Positions 20,855 to 30,781 of a stretch of DNA of 64,000 nucleotides are shown here, piece by piece. Position numbers and translations under genes: made by a program. The notes beneath the pieces are model-generated. The model saw only the letters and a program-made list of their open reading frames with translations. It was not told the origin of the DNA and did no database searches. The DNA comes from a virus: the IMG/VR virus record IMGVR_UViG_3300023179_000020; one strand, given 5' to 3'. The first letter of the stretch is position 1. Each line of letters opens with the position of its first letter.

Positions 20855-21517
20855 ATGCCCTACGAAAGAAAAGGAAAATGCATATACAATAAAAAAACAG
20901 GCGAAAAAAAAGGCTGTTCATCCTCTGTGGGAAAAGCAAAATCTCATATGAGGGCTTTGTATGCTGCTGAAAAGGGTAGTATTAAAGAAGAAACAAGTAA
21001 AATTACACAAGCAATTCTAGACAGAGCAGAAGACATTTACCAGGCTATGAAAGCCTCTTCTGGTAGAAAAGCTGTAAAAAAATATGGAGCGGATGCTGAA
21101 GATGTGTTACGTGGTAGAGCAATGAACATAGCTAAAAAACAAGTCAAAATGAAAAACACAGACAGACTAAAAGAAATTATTAAAGATGCTTTAAGTGAGA
21201 AAAAAAATAAAAAATTTCCTGATTTAACAGGTGATGGTAAAGTAACTAAAGCTGATATTTTAAAGGGAAGAGGCGTTGAGTTAAAAGAAGAAGAACTTGA
21301 TTATGAAGGTGAAATGGCTAAATCTGAACTTCTTCGCATCATGCAAAATGCTCAAATGTTAATGTCTTCACTTGATGATGATACACAATTAGAAGCATGG
21401 GTACAAAGCAAAATTACTAAAGCAGCTGATTACTTAAATTCAGTAACCCAATACTTAACATATCAAAATACAAAACAAGGCCCTGTTGATGAAGAGGCCT
21501 ATTATTTAGACAAATAA
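20855..21517 (+). CDS. Modular hypothetical protein with EF-hand-like loop
   Basis: Modules separated by IKE/LSE/LKE; DLTGDGKVTKAD loop; C-terminal DYEGEMAKSEL...LEAWVQSKITKAADYL. Confidence 0.6.
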   Translation: MPYERKGKCIYNKKTGEKKGCSSSVGKAKSHMRALYAAEKGSIKEETSKITQAILDRAEDIYQAMKASSGRKAVKKYGADAEDVLRGRAMNIAKKQVKMKNTDRLKEIIKDALSEKKNKKFPDLTGDGKVTKADILKGRGVELKEEELDYEGEMAKSELLRIMQNAQMLMSSLDDDTQLEAWVQSKITKAADYLNSVTQYLTYQNTKQGPVDEEAYYLDK

Positions 21518-21518
21518 A

Positions 21519-22046
21519 ATGGCAAGTAAACAGGAACTTATAGATAAAATTCAAACAATAGCTAAACGTGTTTATTCTTCTAAAATAAAGGATAACACGT
21601 TAGGTGTTACTCCTAGTGACGTAAATTTTGATAAAGAAACATTTCCTGTTTTATCAAAGTTTCCAACTCTAAAACAAATTATTATAAATCTTTTAACAAA
21701 ACAATACGAAGATTTTATTTCTGACATTCATTGGGTTGCTCCTCGTCCTACTACTTTTAAAATCCTTTTAGCAAATGGACAGTATTTTTACTTAATATAC
21801 ACTGAACGTTCATGGATTGCTCAAGTTGAAGGTAAAAAGTACTATATGTTAAACTTAGACGAGGAAGAAAGAGCAGCTGAATCTATTGCTCGCATACTAA
21901 TGTATGGTAGTAAAAACAAAGAAGAAGAAACACCAGCCGAAGTACCAACAGGAGGAGAAACACCTGCTGACGAAACAGTACCTGAAGCACCCCCAACTGA
22001 AGAAACACCTCCAACAGAAGAAGTACCTGAAGAAGTTCCAGCATAA
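21519..22046 (+). CDS. Hypothetical protein with acidic EETP-repeat tail
   Basis: WVAPRPTTF core domain plus a low-complexity C-terminus. Confidence 0.6.
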   Translation: MASKQELIDKIQTIAKRVYSSKIKDNTLGVTPSDVNFDKETFPVLSKFPTLKQIIINLLTKQYEDFISDIHWVAPRPTTFKILLANGQYFYLIYTERSWIAQVEGKKYYMLNLDEEERAAESIARILMYGSKNKEEETPAEVPTGGETPADETVPEAPPTEETPPTEEVPEEVPA

Positions 22047-22048
22047 TT

Positions 22049-23026
22049 ATGAATATGTTTGACAAATTTTTAAATAGTATTTCTCATAAATTCCCTAAAG
22101 GATATCCTGACATGAATAATGAACAGGATATTTTATTGTTAGAAACTTTAATAAATAAAGTGTTAGGTGAAAATGTAAAATTAAATGAAATGGGAATTTT
22201 AACTGAAAACGATAATTCATATGATGATTTAATAAAATTATCTTTAAAAGTTAAAACAATCCCAAAATGCCAAACTCCCTTAGTTGTAGGCAAATCATTT
22301 TCTTTAACAGGAAAAGACGCTAAAATATGGGCTAGTCTATACTCAATTAAACCTTTAAAAGCAGATGGTACACCAACCGCAGGTTCAGGAAATGGAGAAG
22401 TGGCTACATATTGGGCTTATCAACATAATATAAAACCAATAAGTACTCAAGATGGTAGAGGAGGAGACAATCCCGATTTAATTATTAGTGGAATTGGAGT
22501 TGAAGTTAAAGCATATGACACTTCAACTATTACTTTAGGTAAATTTAAATCTGATGGAGAAAGTGTAAGTTTATTAAATAGAGTATTTGGAGTTTTAACT
22601 TTATTTGGTGAAGAAGATACTAAAGCTAATGCAGGTGGATTTAAACCTCAAGATTTATTAAACAGTTTTACTATAATATCAAGTGTGTATAATAATAAAG
22701 AATTAAGATCTTTATCTGTTACTCAACCATTTTTTGTTAAAATAGATAATTTGTATAAAGAATTAGGATTAGAATCTAATCCCACCCCAAAACAAGCTAC
22801 TGTTGCTTTGTTACGTAAACTTTTATGGAGTAAATTAATTAAAAAACCTAATAAAAATCAAGAAGTAGGATACATTTTAAATGTTGCTCTTAACGGAGCA
22901 GGAGAATATACTAAAATTACTAAACAAATAATAGATAGTATACCTGATGATAGTTTTATAAACAACGGAGTTACAGTTAAATCTTCTGAAATACAAATGA
23001 ATTTTAATCAATTATTCAAATCATGA
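22049..23026 (+). CDS. Putative PD-(D/E)XK (restriction-like) nuclease behind an N-terminal leader
   Basis: GNGEVA...NPDLIISGIGVEVKAY fits an E...PD...EVK catalytic pattern; leader FPKGYPD...LNE. Confidence 0.5.
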   Translation: MNMFDKFLNSISHKFPKGYPDMNNEQDILLLETLINKVLGENVKLNEMGILTENDNSYDDLIKLSLKVKTIPKCQTPLVVGKSFSLTGKDAKIWASLYSIKPLKADGTPTAGSGNGEVATYWAYQHNIKPISTQDGRGGDNPDLIISGIGVEVKAYDTSTITLGKFKSDGESVSLLNRVFGVLTLFGEEDTKANAGGFKPQDLLNSFTIISSVYNNKELRSLSVTQPFFVKIDNLYKELGLESNPTPKQATVALLRKLLWSKLIKKPNKNQEVGYILNVALNGAGEYTKITKQIIDSIPDDSFINNGVTVKSSEIQMNFNQLFKS

Positions 23027-23703
23027 AACAACGCCTCCTAGAAATAATAAAAAAAGCATTAACAGAACAACCCAAAAAGAAAAAATGCGATTGTGGTTGT
23101 AATGAATGTACTAGTGCTCCTTTATTAAACGAATCTAAACAATACAACATGGCTATTTCTGAAAACATGAGATACCATTTAGACAACAAGATTCAAATCC
23201 ATGACAACATTTTCAGACCAGGCTCAAAATCACACATTGAACTGATTCATGAAGCTCGTTTGTTATGGAAAAAAGAAATTATTGAATTAAAAGAAACTGA
23301 TAAACATTTATTTGAAAACACAGATTTAGGTCGTTTTGGAATGTATGAAGGTGAGGTGGTTCCACTTGATTATCCAATGATGGAAATTGAAACTTTAACA
23401 GAAGCTGAATTAGAAGAAGAAAAGAAACAACCTGCTTTAGGTAAACCAAAACGTGGTGGTTCTAAAAAGTTTTATGTTTATGTTAAAGATCCTAAAACCA
23501 AGCGTATTAAAAAAGTATCATTTGGTATGGCAGGTGGTGGATTAAGAGCAAAACTTAATAATCCTAAAGCACGTCAAGCGTTTTCAAAAAGACATGATTG
23601 TCCTAATAAAAAAGACAGAACAAAGGCGTCGTACTGGAGTTGTGCATTGCCCCGTATGGCTAAGCTACTAGGGTTCAAAACCACTTACACAGGGTATTGG
23701 TAA
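23023..23703 (+). CDS. Modular hypothetical protein with a basic C-terminal domain
   Basis: Leader ..ALTE, CDCGC..C, LNE, LTE/LEE; basic domain KKFYVYVK...KKVSFG...AF..RH.C...YWSC. Confidence 0.65.
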   Translation: MKQRLLEIIKKALTEQPKKKKCDCGCNECTSAPLLNESKQYNMAISENMRYHLDNKIQIHDNIFRPGSKSHIELIHEARLLWKKEIIELKETDKHLFENTDLGRFGMYEGEVVPLDYPMMEIETLTEAELEEEKKQPALGKPKRGGSKKFYVYVKDPKTKRIKKVSFGMAGGGLRAKLNNPKARQAFSKRHDCPNKKDRTKASYWSCALPRMAKLLGFKTTYTGYW

Positions 23704-23714
23704 GGGAAGCTACA

Positions 23715-23742
23715 CCCCCAATATTTATAATAAATTGGAGGG
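23715..23742 (+). promoter_or_regulatory. Hairpin sequestering the initiation region of a homing endonuclease gene, with a TATTTATA motif in its loop
   Basis: CCCCCAAT(23715-23722) pairs with ATTGGAGGG(23734-23742); TATTTATA at 23722-23729; ATG at 23746. Confidence 0.6.
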
Positions 23743-23745
23743 AAT

Positions 23746-24372
23746 ATGGCTTATGTTTATCTTATAACTAATGTCATCAACAATAAAAAATATATTGGAT
23801 CTTCTAGAAAGACTCAAGTTGATGAAAACTATTATGGTAGTGGAAAAGCATTAAAAAATGCTTTAAAAAAACATGGTAAAGAAAATTTCACTAGAGAAAT
23901 ATTATGGGAAGGTGAGGGAGATGCTCGAGTTATGGAAACATATTATTTGACAAAATTTAACGCAGCTGGAAATTCAATGTTTTATAATATGACTAATGAT
24001 GCTAGAGGAAATAATCTTCATAAAGAAGAAACTAAAAAGACAGTTAGTGAAAAACTAACAGGACGTAAATTCTCAAAAGAAACTTGCGAAAAAATATCTA
24101 AAGCCAAAACAGGTTCAACAACATCTAAAAAAGGTAAACCCGATGGCCCTAAACCTAATGTATCTAAAGCTCATAAAGGCAGAATAAGTCCTAATAAAGG
24201 AAAAGGTAACCCTGTAGCTTTATATAAAACATCAGGTGAATACATCCAAACATATCCTAGCTATCATGATTTAGCTCTTGATCTTCAAATTAACCCAGAA
24301 ACAGTAAGATGTCAACTTATTGGGAAAGCTCAAACTATTAAGAATAAGCAATATAGGGCTCAATATGTATAA
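23746..24372 (+). CDS. Freestanding GIY-YIG homing endonuclease (Seg-like, NUMOD3 repeats)
   Basis: AYVYLITN.INNKKYIGS...YYGSG..LK.A.KKHGKENF.REIL, E, FYN; EETKK..S / ETCEKISKAK repeats. Confidence 0.85.
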   Translation: MAYVYLITNVINNKKYIGSSRKTQVDENYYGSGKALKNALKKHGKENFTREILWEGEGDARVMETYYLTKFNAAGNSMFYNMTNDARGNNLHKEETKKTVSEKLTGRKFSKETCEKISKAKTGSTTSKKGKPDGPKPNVSKAHKGRISPNKGKGNPVALYKTSGEYIQTYPSYHDLALDLQINPETVRCQLIGKAQTIKNKQYRAQYV

Positions 24373-24376
24373 TCAT

Positions 24377-24760
24377 ATGAAACTAACACACATACTCCTT
24401 CAACTTCTTTTAGAAAAAAAAGAAGACAGATGTAAACGTATTGCTGATCGCAAATACGATAAACCATCTGCTTATAAATCAGGTGCAATTGTTAGATGCC
24501 GTAAGGGTGAAATTTGGAAAGATTTAAAAGAGGATGAATTAACTGAAAAACAAAAAGAAACCCTCCGCACCTGGTTCAAACGTAAAGGTGCTCCTGGTAA
24601 AACAGGTGGGTGGGTAGACTGTAATACTTGTAGAGACGGTAAATGTAAGCCTTGTGGTAGAAAAGAAGGAGAAAAACGTGCTAAATACCCTTCATGTCGC
24701 CCCACACCATCTCAATGTAAAACACCTGGCAAAGGCAAAAAATGGGGAAAAACAAAATGA
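24377..24760 (+). CDS. Basic Cys-containing hypothetical protein with MKLTHILL..LLE leader
   Basis: Start reassigned to ATG 24377; PSAYKSGAIVRCR and WF...WVDC...CGR...YPSCRP modules separated by LKE/LTE. Confidence 0.6.
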   Translation: MKLTHILLQLLLEKKEDRCKRIADRKYDKPSAYKSGAIVRCRKGEIWKDLKEDELTEKQKETLRTWFKRKGAPGKTGGWVDCNTCRDGKCKPCGRKEGEKRAKYPSCRPTPSQCKTPGKGKKWGKTK

Positions 24761-26052
24761 TTAAACTAACTAACATATTAAAAGAAATATTATTAACTGA
24801 ACTTAACAAGCAACAGTTAGATAGTATAGCTAAAGCATTAGGTGCTGAACGTACTAGTGAATTTGATAGTAAATTAAATTCATTAAATGCTAAGGGTATG
24901 ACTTACCCTGATATTTTAAAACAAGTTAAAGATGGTGTATCTCAAGGAAAATCTCCTGAAGAAATTTTTAGTAGCTTATCATCAACAGTAGGTAAATCTT
25001 CTAAAGATCTAGAATCAGATTTTGAAACTATAATTGATAATGAAAATATTATAGTACAAGTACCTCATACCCACGCTGCATCTCGCAAATTAGGCTTATC
25101 TACCTACGCTTATAGAGTATGTAAAGATGGCAGCAAAGATTCAGCCTGGTGTACCACTTATAAAATCCCAGATCATTTTAGAATTTATTACCATGATCAA
25201 AACAAAACTCTCTATTATATAAAAGTTAAATCTCCTGAAATAATACAACAATTAAAAGACAAGGGTTTGGCATCTTTAGTTGTATCAGCAGTTGTTGTTA
25301 ATGACAAAAATAATATAAGTGTTATATTTGATGGAAAAGATAAAGATATCCCATCTAATTGGTATCCCGCGTATCTAAAAATATTAGGACTTGATAAATC
25401 AATATTTGTTAATAAACGCTCTAAAAAAGAACGAGATTTAGCATTAAGTAGCGCTCAACTTGAACAGATGAAATATTATATTAAAAATGGAAGTAAAGGT
25501 CCACTAGAGATAGTAAAACTAGACTCTGAACTTCCTAGTGATTTAACTTTAGTTGGAGGTGATTTAAAATTAATTGCTTCTAAAATAACTAAATTACCTG
25601 ATAATTTAGTAGTTAAAGGTAAACTTATTATATCCCAATGTCCAAATATAACAACCATTCCTGAGGGTATAAAATATAAATCTCTAGCGTTATTTAGATG
25701 TCCTGCTATAACCTCTATTTCTAAACCTAAAAATAAAATAGAAGATTTAACTATAGATGATTGTCCCTCATTTACTGAACTTCCAAAAGGTATAAAAGCA
25801 AAATATATAAGAATTCAACAATGCCCACAATTCTCTAAATTACCTGATAATCTTACAAGTTCAACTGTAGATATTCGAAGTTTAAAAGTAAGTGAGATGC
25901 CTAATAATCTTAAAGTATATAGATTTCTATTAGCTGATACTCCTTTAGCTAAAAAATATGAATATGATGGGAATCAAATTATTAAGGCAATTCAAGATAA
26001 AGGTGGTGAAATAGTAAATTTTTCTTCTTTTAAACTTAATATAGTGATGTAA
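24757..26052 (+). CDS. Protein with MIKLTNILKE leader, WCTT (PcfJ-like) domain and LRR-like C-terminus
   Basis: SAWCTT...F..YY....LYYI; repeats IT.LP.NL.V / CP.IT.IP.GI. Confidence 0.6.
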   Translation: MIKLTNILKEILLTELNKQQLDSIAKALGAERTSEFDSKLNSLNAKGMTYPDILKQVKDGVSQGKSPEEIFSSLSSTVGKSSKDLESDFETIIDNENIIVQVPHTHAASRKLGLSTYAYRVCKDGSKDSAWCTTYKIPDHFRIYYHDQNKTLYYIKVKSPEIIQQLKDKGLASLVVSAVVVNDKNNISVIFDGKDKDIPSNWYPAYLKILGLDKSIFVNKRSKKERDLALSSAQLEQMKYYIKNGSKGPLEIVKLDSELPSDLTLVGGDLKLIASKITKLPDNLVVKGKLIISQCPNITTIPEGIKYKSLALFRCPAITSISKPKNKIEDLTIDDCPSFTELPKGIKAKYIRIQQCPQFSKLPDNLTSSTVDIRSLKVSEMPNNLKVYRFLLADTPLAKKYEYDGNQIIKAIQDKGGEIVNFSSFKLNIVM

Positions 26053-26309
26053 TGCTCCCTTATAAAGATCTTGAGATAACAGATAAATATATTATTCGTG
26101 AATTTAGCGAAAATATAGATCCTATTGAACTAAAATGGCATCGTGATAGAGAAGATCGTTTAATAGAAATAATAGGAGAAACAGATTGGATGGTACAACT
26201 TGAAAATCAACTACCAACTTCTTTAAATCAACCCATATTTATACCAAAAGGTGAATGGCATATAGTTATTAAAGGAAATGGTACTTTAATTCTTAAAATT
26301 AATAAGTAG
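26052..26309 (+). CDS. Small cupin-fold protein
   Basis: WHRD.E.R and IPKGEWH..IKG cupin motifs. Confidence 0.7.
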   Translation: MLPYKDLEITDKYIIREFSENIDPIELKWHRDREDRLIEIIGETDWMVQLENQLPTSLNQPIFIPKGEWHIVIKGNGTLILKINK

Positions 26310-28930
26310 TGAAAAATATACATAAGTTTATAGCATACGTTGTTTATAATTGGGGTTATCCTTTAAATGAAGATGAAATAAAGCTTGATAGAAACAGACA
26401 AAAGTTTTTTGATAAATTTAAAGTAGATGCTAATGATTTAAACATTAATATTACAGATGAACAATTAAAAACATACATTCAACGTTTTGACCAGTTAAAA
26501 AATTCATCTAAAGTTACTGAAAAGGACTTACATAAATACTCTTTATCTAAATTAATACAATTAGTTACTTCATCTGCTGGAGCAGACATGCCTGAACAAG
26601 CAGATATTACTCCTGACGTTGTTTATAATAATGATAATAATACTATTGTAATTTATAATGGTAGTAAAGAAGGCAACTGTATTAATTTTGGTCAAGGTGA
26701 AAGATGGTGCATAACTAGAGGCTCTTATGGTAATTACAGGTACGATGCTGATAGAGGCTTTCCTACATTTTATCTTGCTAAAAATACTAATTTACCTAAT
26801 ACTGATAAATTAAGTTTTGTTGCTATACAGGTTAGAGATACATCTGATGAAAATAAAAGGTACGTTTATACTAATAGACAGAATAGCCCATATGAGTCTA
26901 ATGCTATGTCTTTTAATAAATTAGTATCTGAGGTTCCTTGGCTTAGTGAAGTGCCTAATCTTAGTAATGTTTTAAGATATATCCCTTTAACTAGTAATGA
27001 GAAAATAACTCAAACATATAAAAACAAAGCTGCTACTTATAGAGAATGGACTCAATTCTCATTTGAAATGAAAAAACAATATCTAGTAGCCAGAAAAAAC
27101 CAATCAGAATTTTTTTCAGATATTAGTGATAATGAATTTGTAAGTACTTACCTTCCAGATTATCCACAAATAGCTGAATTTATTGCTTTAAACAATGATA
27201 TTATTGAAGATGAAGTTTTATTAAAATATTTAGATAAATTCTCTAACCAAGATAGAAGATCTATCATGGCTAACATGAGAACAAATGTGTCTTTAAAATA
27301 TTTAGATAAACAAACATTTTCATTTGACATTAAAAAATTATTAGTTAAATTAAATAAATGGAATCTTAGTAACAACGAAAGAATATATGTTACTAAAAAT
27401 GGTGAAGCTATAATTTTATTAACTTTAGACGACGATTTAAAAGTAGGAGTATACACAGAAGATGCTGATTATCCAAATATTAAACTTAATAAACGTACTT
27501 CTAAATTTTTAGCAGACTATCCCGAAATAGACACTATTCCTTTTAGGTATCTTTTAAAATTAGCATCTCAAGAAGCTATTGATAAATTAATTATCAATAA
27601 GGTTATAGAAAAAGCTAAAGAAGACCCAAACTCGGCTATAATAGTAAAAGACACAGAAGATGGACAAATATTAGTTGATTCTAATAGTTTTAATTCTTAT
27701 AAAATTAAAGATGATTCTATAACACCTATACCTTTTGATAGTGAAGAAGTTCAAAGAGTCCTTAATTCTGAAGGATCAGAAGAAAATGAAGGTATTCAAA
27801 ACAACATTTTACAATTATTTGGAAGTGGTATTCCTAACACTATAGACAAAACTACATTTGTTAATCTATTAAAAAATATTCCAATTAACAATAGAATAAC
27901 AACTGTAAGAAATATAGATTATGTAGTTATGTTAGATGATGAAAATGAAGAAATATTATTAATAGATAATAGGGAATTATCAACATCATTTAGAGCTCAA
28001 TTTCATTATAATCTTAATAGAACAAATTGGAGAGAATCACCGGGTTTAACTAATTTTGCTAGTAGTCTTGAAGTTCTTAGAGAATATTTTGAATATGCAA
28101 GAACAAAAGGATGGGCATATCAAGGTGATGAAATTATAGGTGCTATAAATAGTCAATATAATCGAAGTTATAAACAAAACATAATAGCCGCTAATCCACC
28201 ATTAGGTGAAAGATGGATGGCTGTAGTAGTAGAAGACAAATACATTTTATTAAACCGAATTAACCCTAGAAACAGTAAATTTATATCCAACACTTCAGGT
28301 AGATTAATCAATTATAATTTTCCTCCACGTGCTGCTGCTCAATACATTGGAGGACAAGCAAATGCTGCAACAACACCACCTGGTGCTGAAGAAAGAGAAT
28401 TAGCCCCTCTTAGAAGACCAGGAAGACCAGCTGGTGGTGGAACACCTAGACAAGCTCCAGCCGCCGCCGCGGCAAATCCAGATGTTACAGCCATGATTGA
28501 ACAATTTGGATTAACAGCAGGCTTTAATACCTTACCCCAAAATGTACGAAATGTAATATCTTCAGGACAAATCCTTGGTAGATTTGCAGGTGATAGAGGT
28601 GCATCTCGTAGAAACAATTTATTAAGACAATATGGAGGACAAGTTTCAAATACAATTGAATCAGGTAATTCTAAACTTTATATTATTCGTTTAAGAAGTG
28701 GAGCATACATAGGATCAGCAGTTTTTCAACCTGGTAATCAACATTACATAGTTACTACAAATTCTTCCTTTAGAATACCAAGTCCCGATGATCTTGTAAC
28801 ACAACTAAGAACACGTAACATAAACGAAAATGCAAAAGTAATGTTAGCGTTGCATGCTGAAGCAGATCCTGAATCAATGAATGAATTGAGACAAAAATTA
28901 ACTAATATTTATAAAAAACCAACATCATGA
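26309..28930 (+). CDS. Large hypothetical protein with WCIT (PcfJ-like) domain
   Basis: 873 aa, GTG start; G.RWCITR...Y..Y...TFY; RRPGRP AT-hook-like linker. Confidence 0.6.
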   Translation: MKNIHKFIAYVVYNWGYPLNEDEIKLDRNRQKFFDKFKVDANDLNINITDEQLKTYIQRFDQLKNSSKVTEKDLHKYSLSKLIQLVTSSAGADMPEQADITPDVVYNNDNNTIVIYNGSKEGNCINFGQGERWCITRGSYGNYRYDADRGFPTFYLAKNTNLPNTDKLSFVAIQVRDTSDENKRYVYTNRQNSPYESNAMSFNKLVSEVPWLSEVPNLSNVLRYIPLTSNEKITQTYKNKAATYREWTQFSFEMKKQYLVARKNQSEFFSDISDNEFVSTYLPDYPQIAEFIALNNDIIEDEVLLKYLDKFSNQDRRSIMANMRTNVSLKYLDKQTFSFDIKKLLVKLNKWNLSNNERIYVTKNGEAIILLTLDDDLKVGVYTEDADYPNIKLNKRTSKFLADYPEIDTIPFRYLLKLASQEAIDKLIINKVIEKAKEDPNSAIIVKDTEDGQILVDSNSFNSYKIKDDSITPIPFDSEEVQRVLNSEGSEENEGIQNNILQLFGSGIPNTIDKTTFVNLLKNIPINNRITTVRNIDYVVMLDDENEEILLIDNRELSTSFRAQFHYNLNRTNWRESPGLTNFASSLEVLREYFEYARTKGWAYQGDEIIGAINSQYNRSYKQNIIAANPPLGERWMAVVVEDKYILLNRINPRNSKFISNTSGRLINYNFPPRAAAQYIGGQANAATTPPGAEERELAPLRRPGRPAGGGTPRQAPAAAAANPDVTAMIEQFGLTAGFNTLPQNVRNVISSGQILGRFAGDRGASRRNNLLRQYGGQVSNTIESGNSKLYIIRLRSGAYIGSAVFQPGNQHYIVTTNSSFRIPSPDDLVTQLRTRNINENAKVMLALHAEADPESMNELRQKLTNIYKKPTS

Positions 28931-29196
28931 AAATTAACGAACTAAAACAAATCATCAGAGAAGAAATTGAAAAAGTATTAGCTGAAGCACCAATACGTGA
29001 AGAGGAAACACCAACACGTAAAAAGGAAGCACCAGTAAAACCAACAACTACACCTTCTCAACCAACAACTACACCTTCTCGAACAAAAAGACCTGGACCT
29101 GGTATAAAAGAAAAACCAAAAGCTGAAAAAACAGCTGAAAAAATAGCTGAAAAAATAGGAAATAGGTATAGCAAAATGCTTAAAAATAAAAAGTAA
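28927..29196 (+). CDS. Small protein with MKINELKQIIREEIEKVLAE leader
   Basis: Leader, Pro/Thr-rich linker and basic tail. Confidence 0.6.
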   Translation: MKINELKQIIREEIEKVLAEAPIREEETPTRKKEAPVKPTTTPSQPTTTPSRTKRPGPGIKEKPKAEKTAEKIAEKIGNRYSKMLKNKK

Positions 29197-30779
29197 TGCC
29201 TAAGTATCAAGACATATTTGATCCTGAAATCATAGCTAAGTTAAAGGCTAAATCCTCTGAAAAAATTAGAGGAAAAAGTCTTATGCAAATGATGAGATCT
29301 TCTCAAGAATTATTAAGTCTTGTAGTTTCAATTGAAGCCCCATATAAATCTCAATTATCACAATTAGCTATTGATATAGTTAAAGATCATTATCCTACTT
29401 TAGTAGAGGATAATATTGATGTAGAAGCTAGAATAGTTAGTAATGTTACTCTTGAAGAATATAACCCATATGAAAAACAAAGACGCATCTCTAATGCTTT
29501 AGTACAAGGAGCGTCAGTTGAAGAACTATATTCTTTATTTGAAAAAGAAAGTGTTATTCAACAAATACGTTCTATTAATTCAACATTATATGACAAGTAT
29601 AATGAATTAATGAAACAAGTTTTTGACATATATAATGATGATCAAGCCATAAACATGATGCTTGCTGCCATAGCTTCAGGCCAAAATTTAGCTGGTGGTA
29701 AATCTCAAATTGTAACTGAAAATGAAGGTCCTAAAATCATTGCTGAAGCAATTTGTTTCCCAATGTTGGTCCATGAAATTTTAAAAGGTTATTGGAGTAT
29801 TTTAGCACAAACTGGATTAAAAGGTAGTGATGAAGAAGCACAAGCTACAGTTGATAGAGTTGATAGATTAGAATATGAACCTGAAGATATTCGTTATGGT
29901 CCAATAATATTTAATAAATTAAAAACCATATATAAAGCATTTACTTCCCCAGATGTTGATGTAAGAACACTTGTTGTTTTTTATACAGCTATTCTTCAAA
30001 TGGAACCAGATGAATTTTTTTCATTTATAAGTAATGTTGTAGGTGATAGACCTTTAAGTGAAGACCAAATTGCTTGGATTGAAAATGAATTAGAAGACAT
30101 ACAAGTGTATTTGCAAACTATAGATGCTGAAAGAGCTATGAGTTCTTTTTCTAATAATGATGAAGATAATATAGACGATGTAGATTTGTCTGATTTAGGA
30201 TTAAATGAAAAAAAACGTCCATACAAAGACCTTGAAACAACCGACAAATACATTCTTCGTGAATTCAACGAAAACATTGACCCAATCGAATTAAAGTGGC
30301 ATCGTGATAAAGAAAACCGTATAATAGAAATTGTAGGTAAAACAAATTGGAAAATTCAACTTGAAAACCAGTTACCAGTTTCTATAAATCAACCCATTAG
30401 AATACCTAAAGGTGAATGGCACCGTTTAATTAAAGGTGACGGAACCTTAACTTTAAAAATATTAAAAGAAGAATCAACCCAATACAACATGGAAGGTATT
30501 CTATACACAGATACTAGAGAACGTCCTCAAAAAGATATTCTTTCAGACATTCGTTCTTTACCTGGTGTAACAATTGTGTCTTCTAAAGACATAAACCCAA
30601 ATGTGTATGCTACTAATAACCCAAATTACGGTACTATTATAAAAATTAAAGTTGATCCACACCCATATCCTTCTGGATTTAAAGATGAAGATTTACAACA
30701 ATTATTACAAGACATTAGAGCTGTTAAAGGTGTAAGAAATTTCAAATTAAACCAAAAAGTTGAAAAGAAAACAGTATAA
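29196..30779 (+). CDS. Multidomain protein including an internal cupin copy
   Basis: Helical N-terminal domain (LVHEILKG), cupin at ~30216-30470 and a C-terminal DIRSLPGVTIV domain, separated by LNE and LKE. Confidence 0.65.
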   Translation: MPKYQDIFDPEIIAKLKAKSSEKIRGKSLMQMMRSSQELLSLVVSIEAPYKSQLSQLAIDIVKDHYPTLVEDNIDVEARIVSNVTLEEYNPYEKQRRISNALVQGASVEELYSLFEKESVIQQIRSINSTLYDKYNELMKQVFDIYNDDQAINMMLAAIASGQNLAGGKSQIVTENEGPKIIAEAICFPMLVHEILKGYWSILAQTGLKGSDEEAQATVDRVDRLEYEPEDIRYGPIIFNKLKTIYKAFTSPDVDVRTLVVFYTAILQMEPDEFFSFISNVVGDRPLSEDQIAWIENELEDIQVYLQTIDAERAMSSFSNNDEDNIDDVDLSDLGLNEKKRPYKDLETTDKYILREFNENIDPIELKWHRDKENRIIEIVGKTNWKIQLENQLPVSINQPIRIPKGEWHRLIKGDGTLTLKILKEESTQYNMEGILYTDTRERPQKDILSDIRSLPGVTIVSSKDINPNVYATNNPNYGTIIKIKVDPHPYPSGFKDEDLQQLLQDIRAVKGVRNFKLNQKVEKKTV

Positions 30780-30781
30780 CT

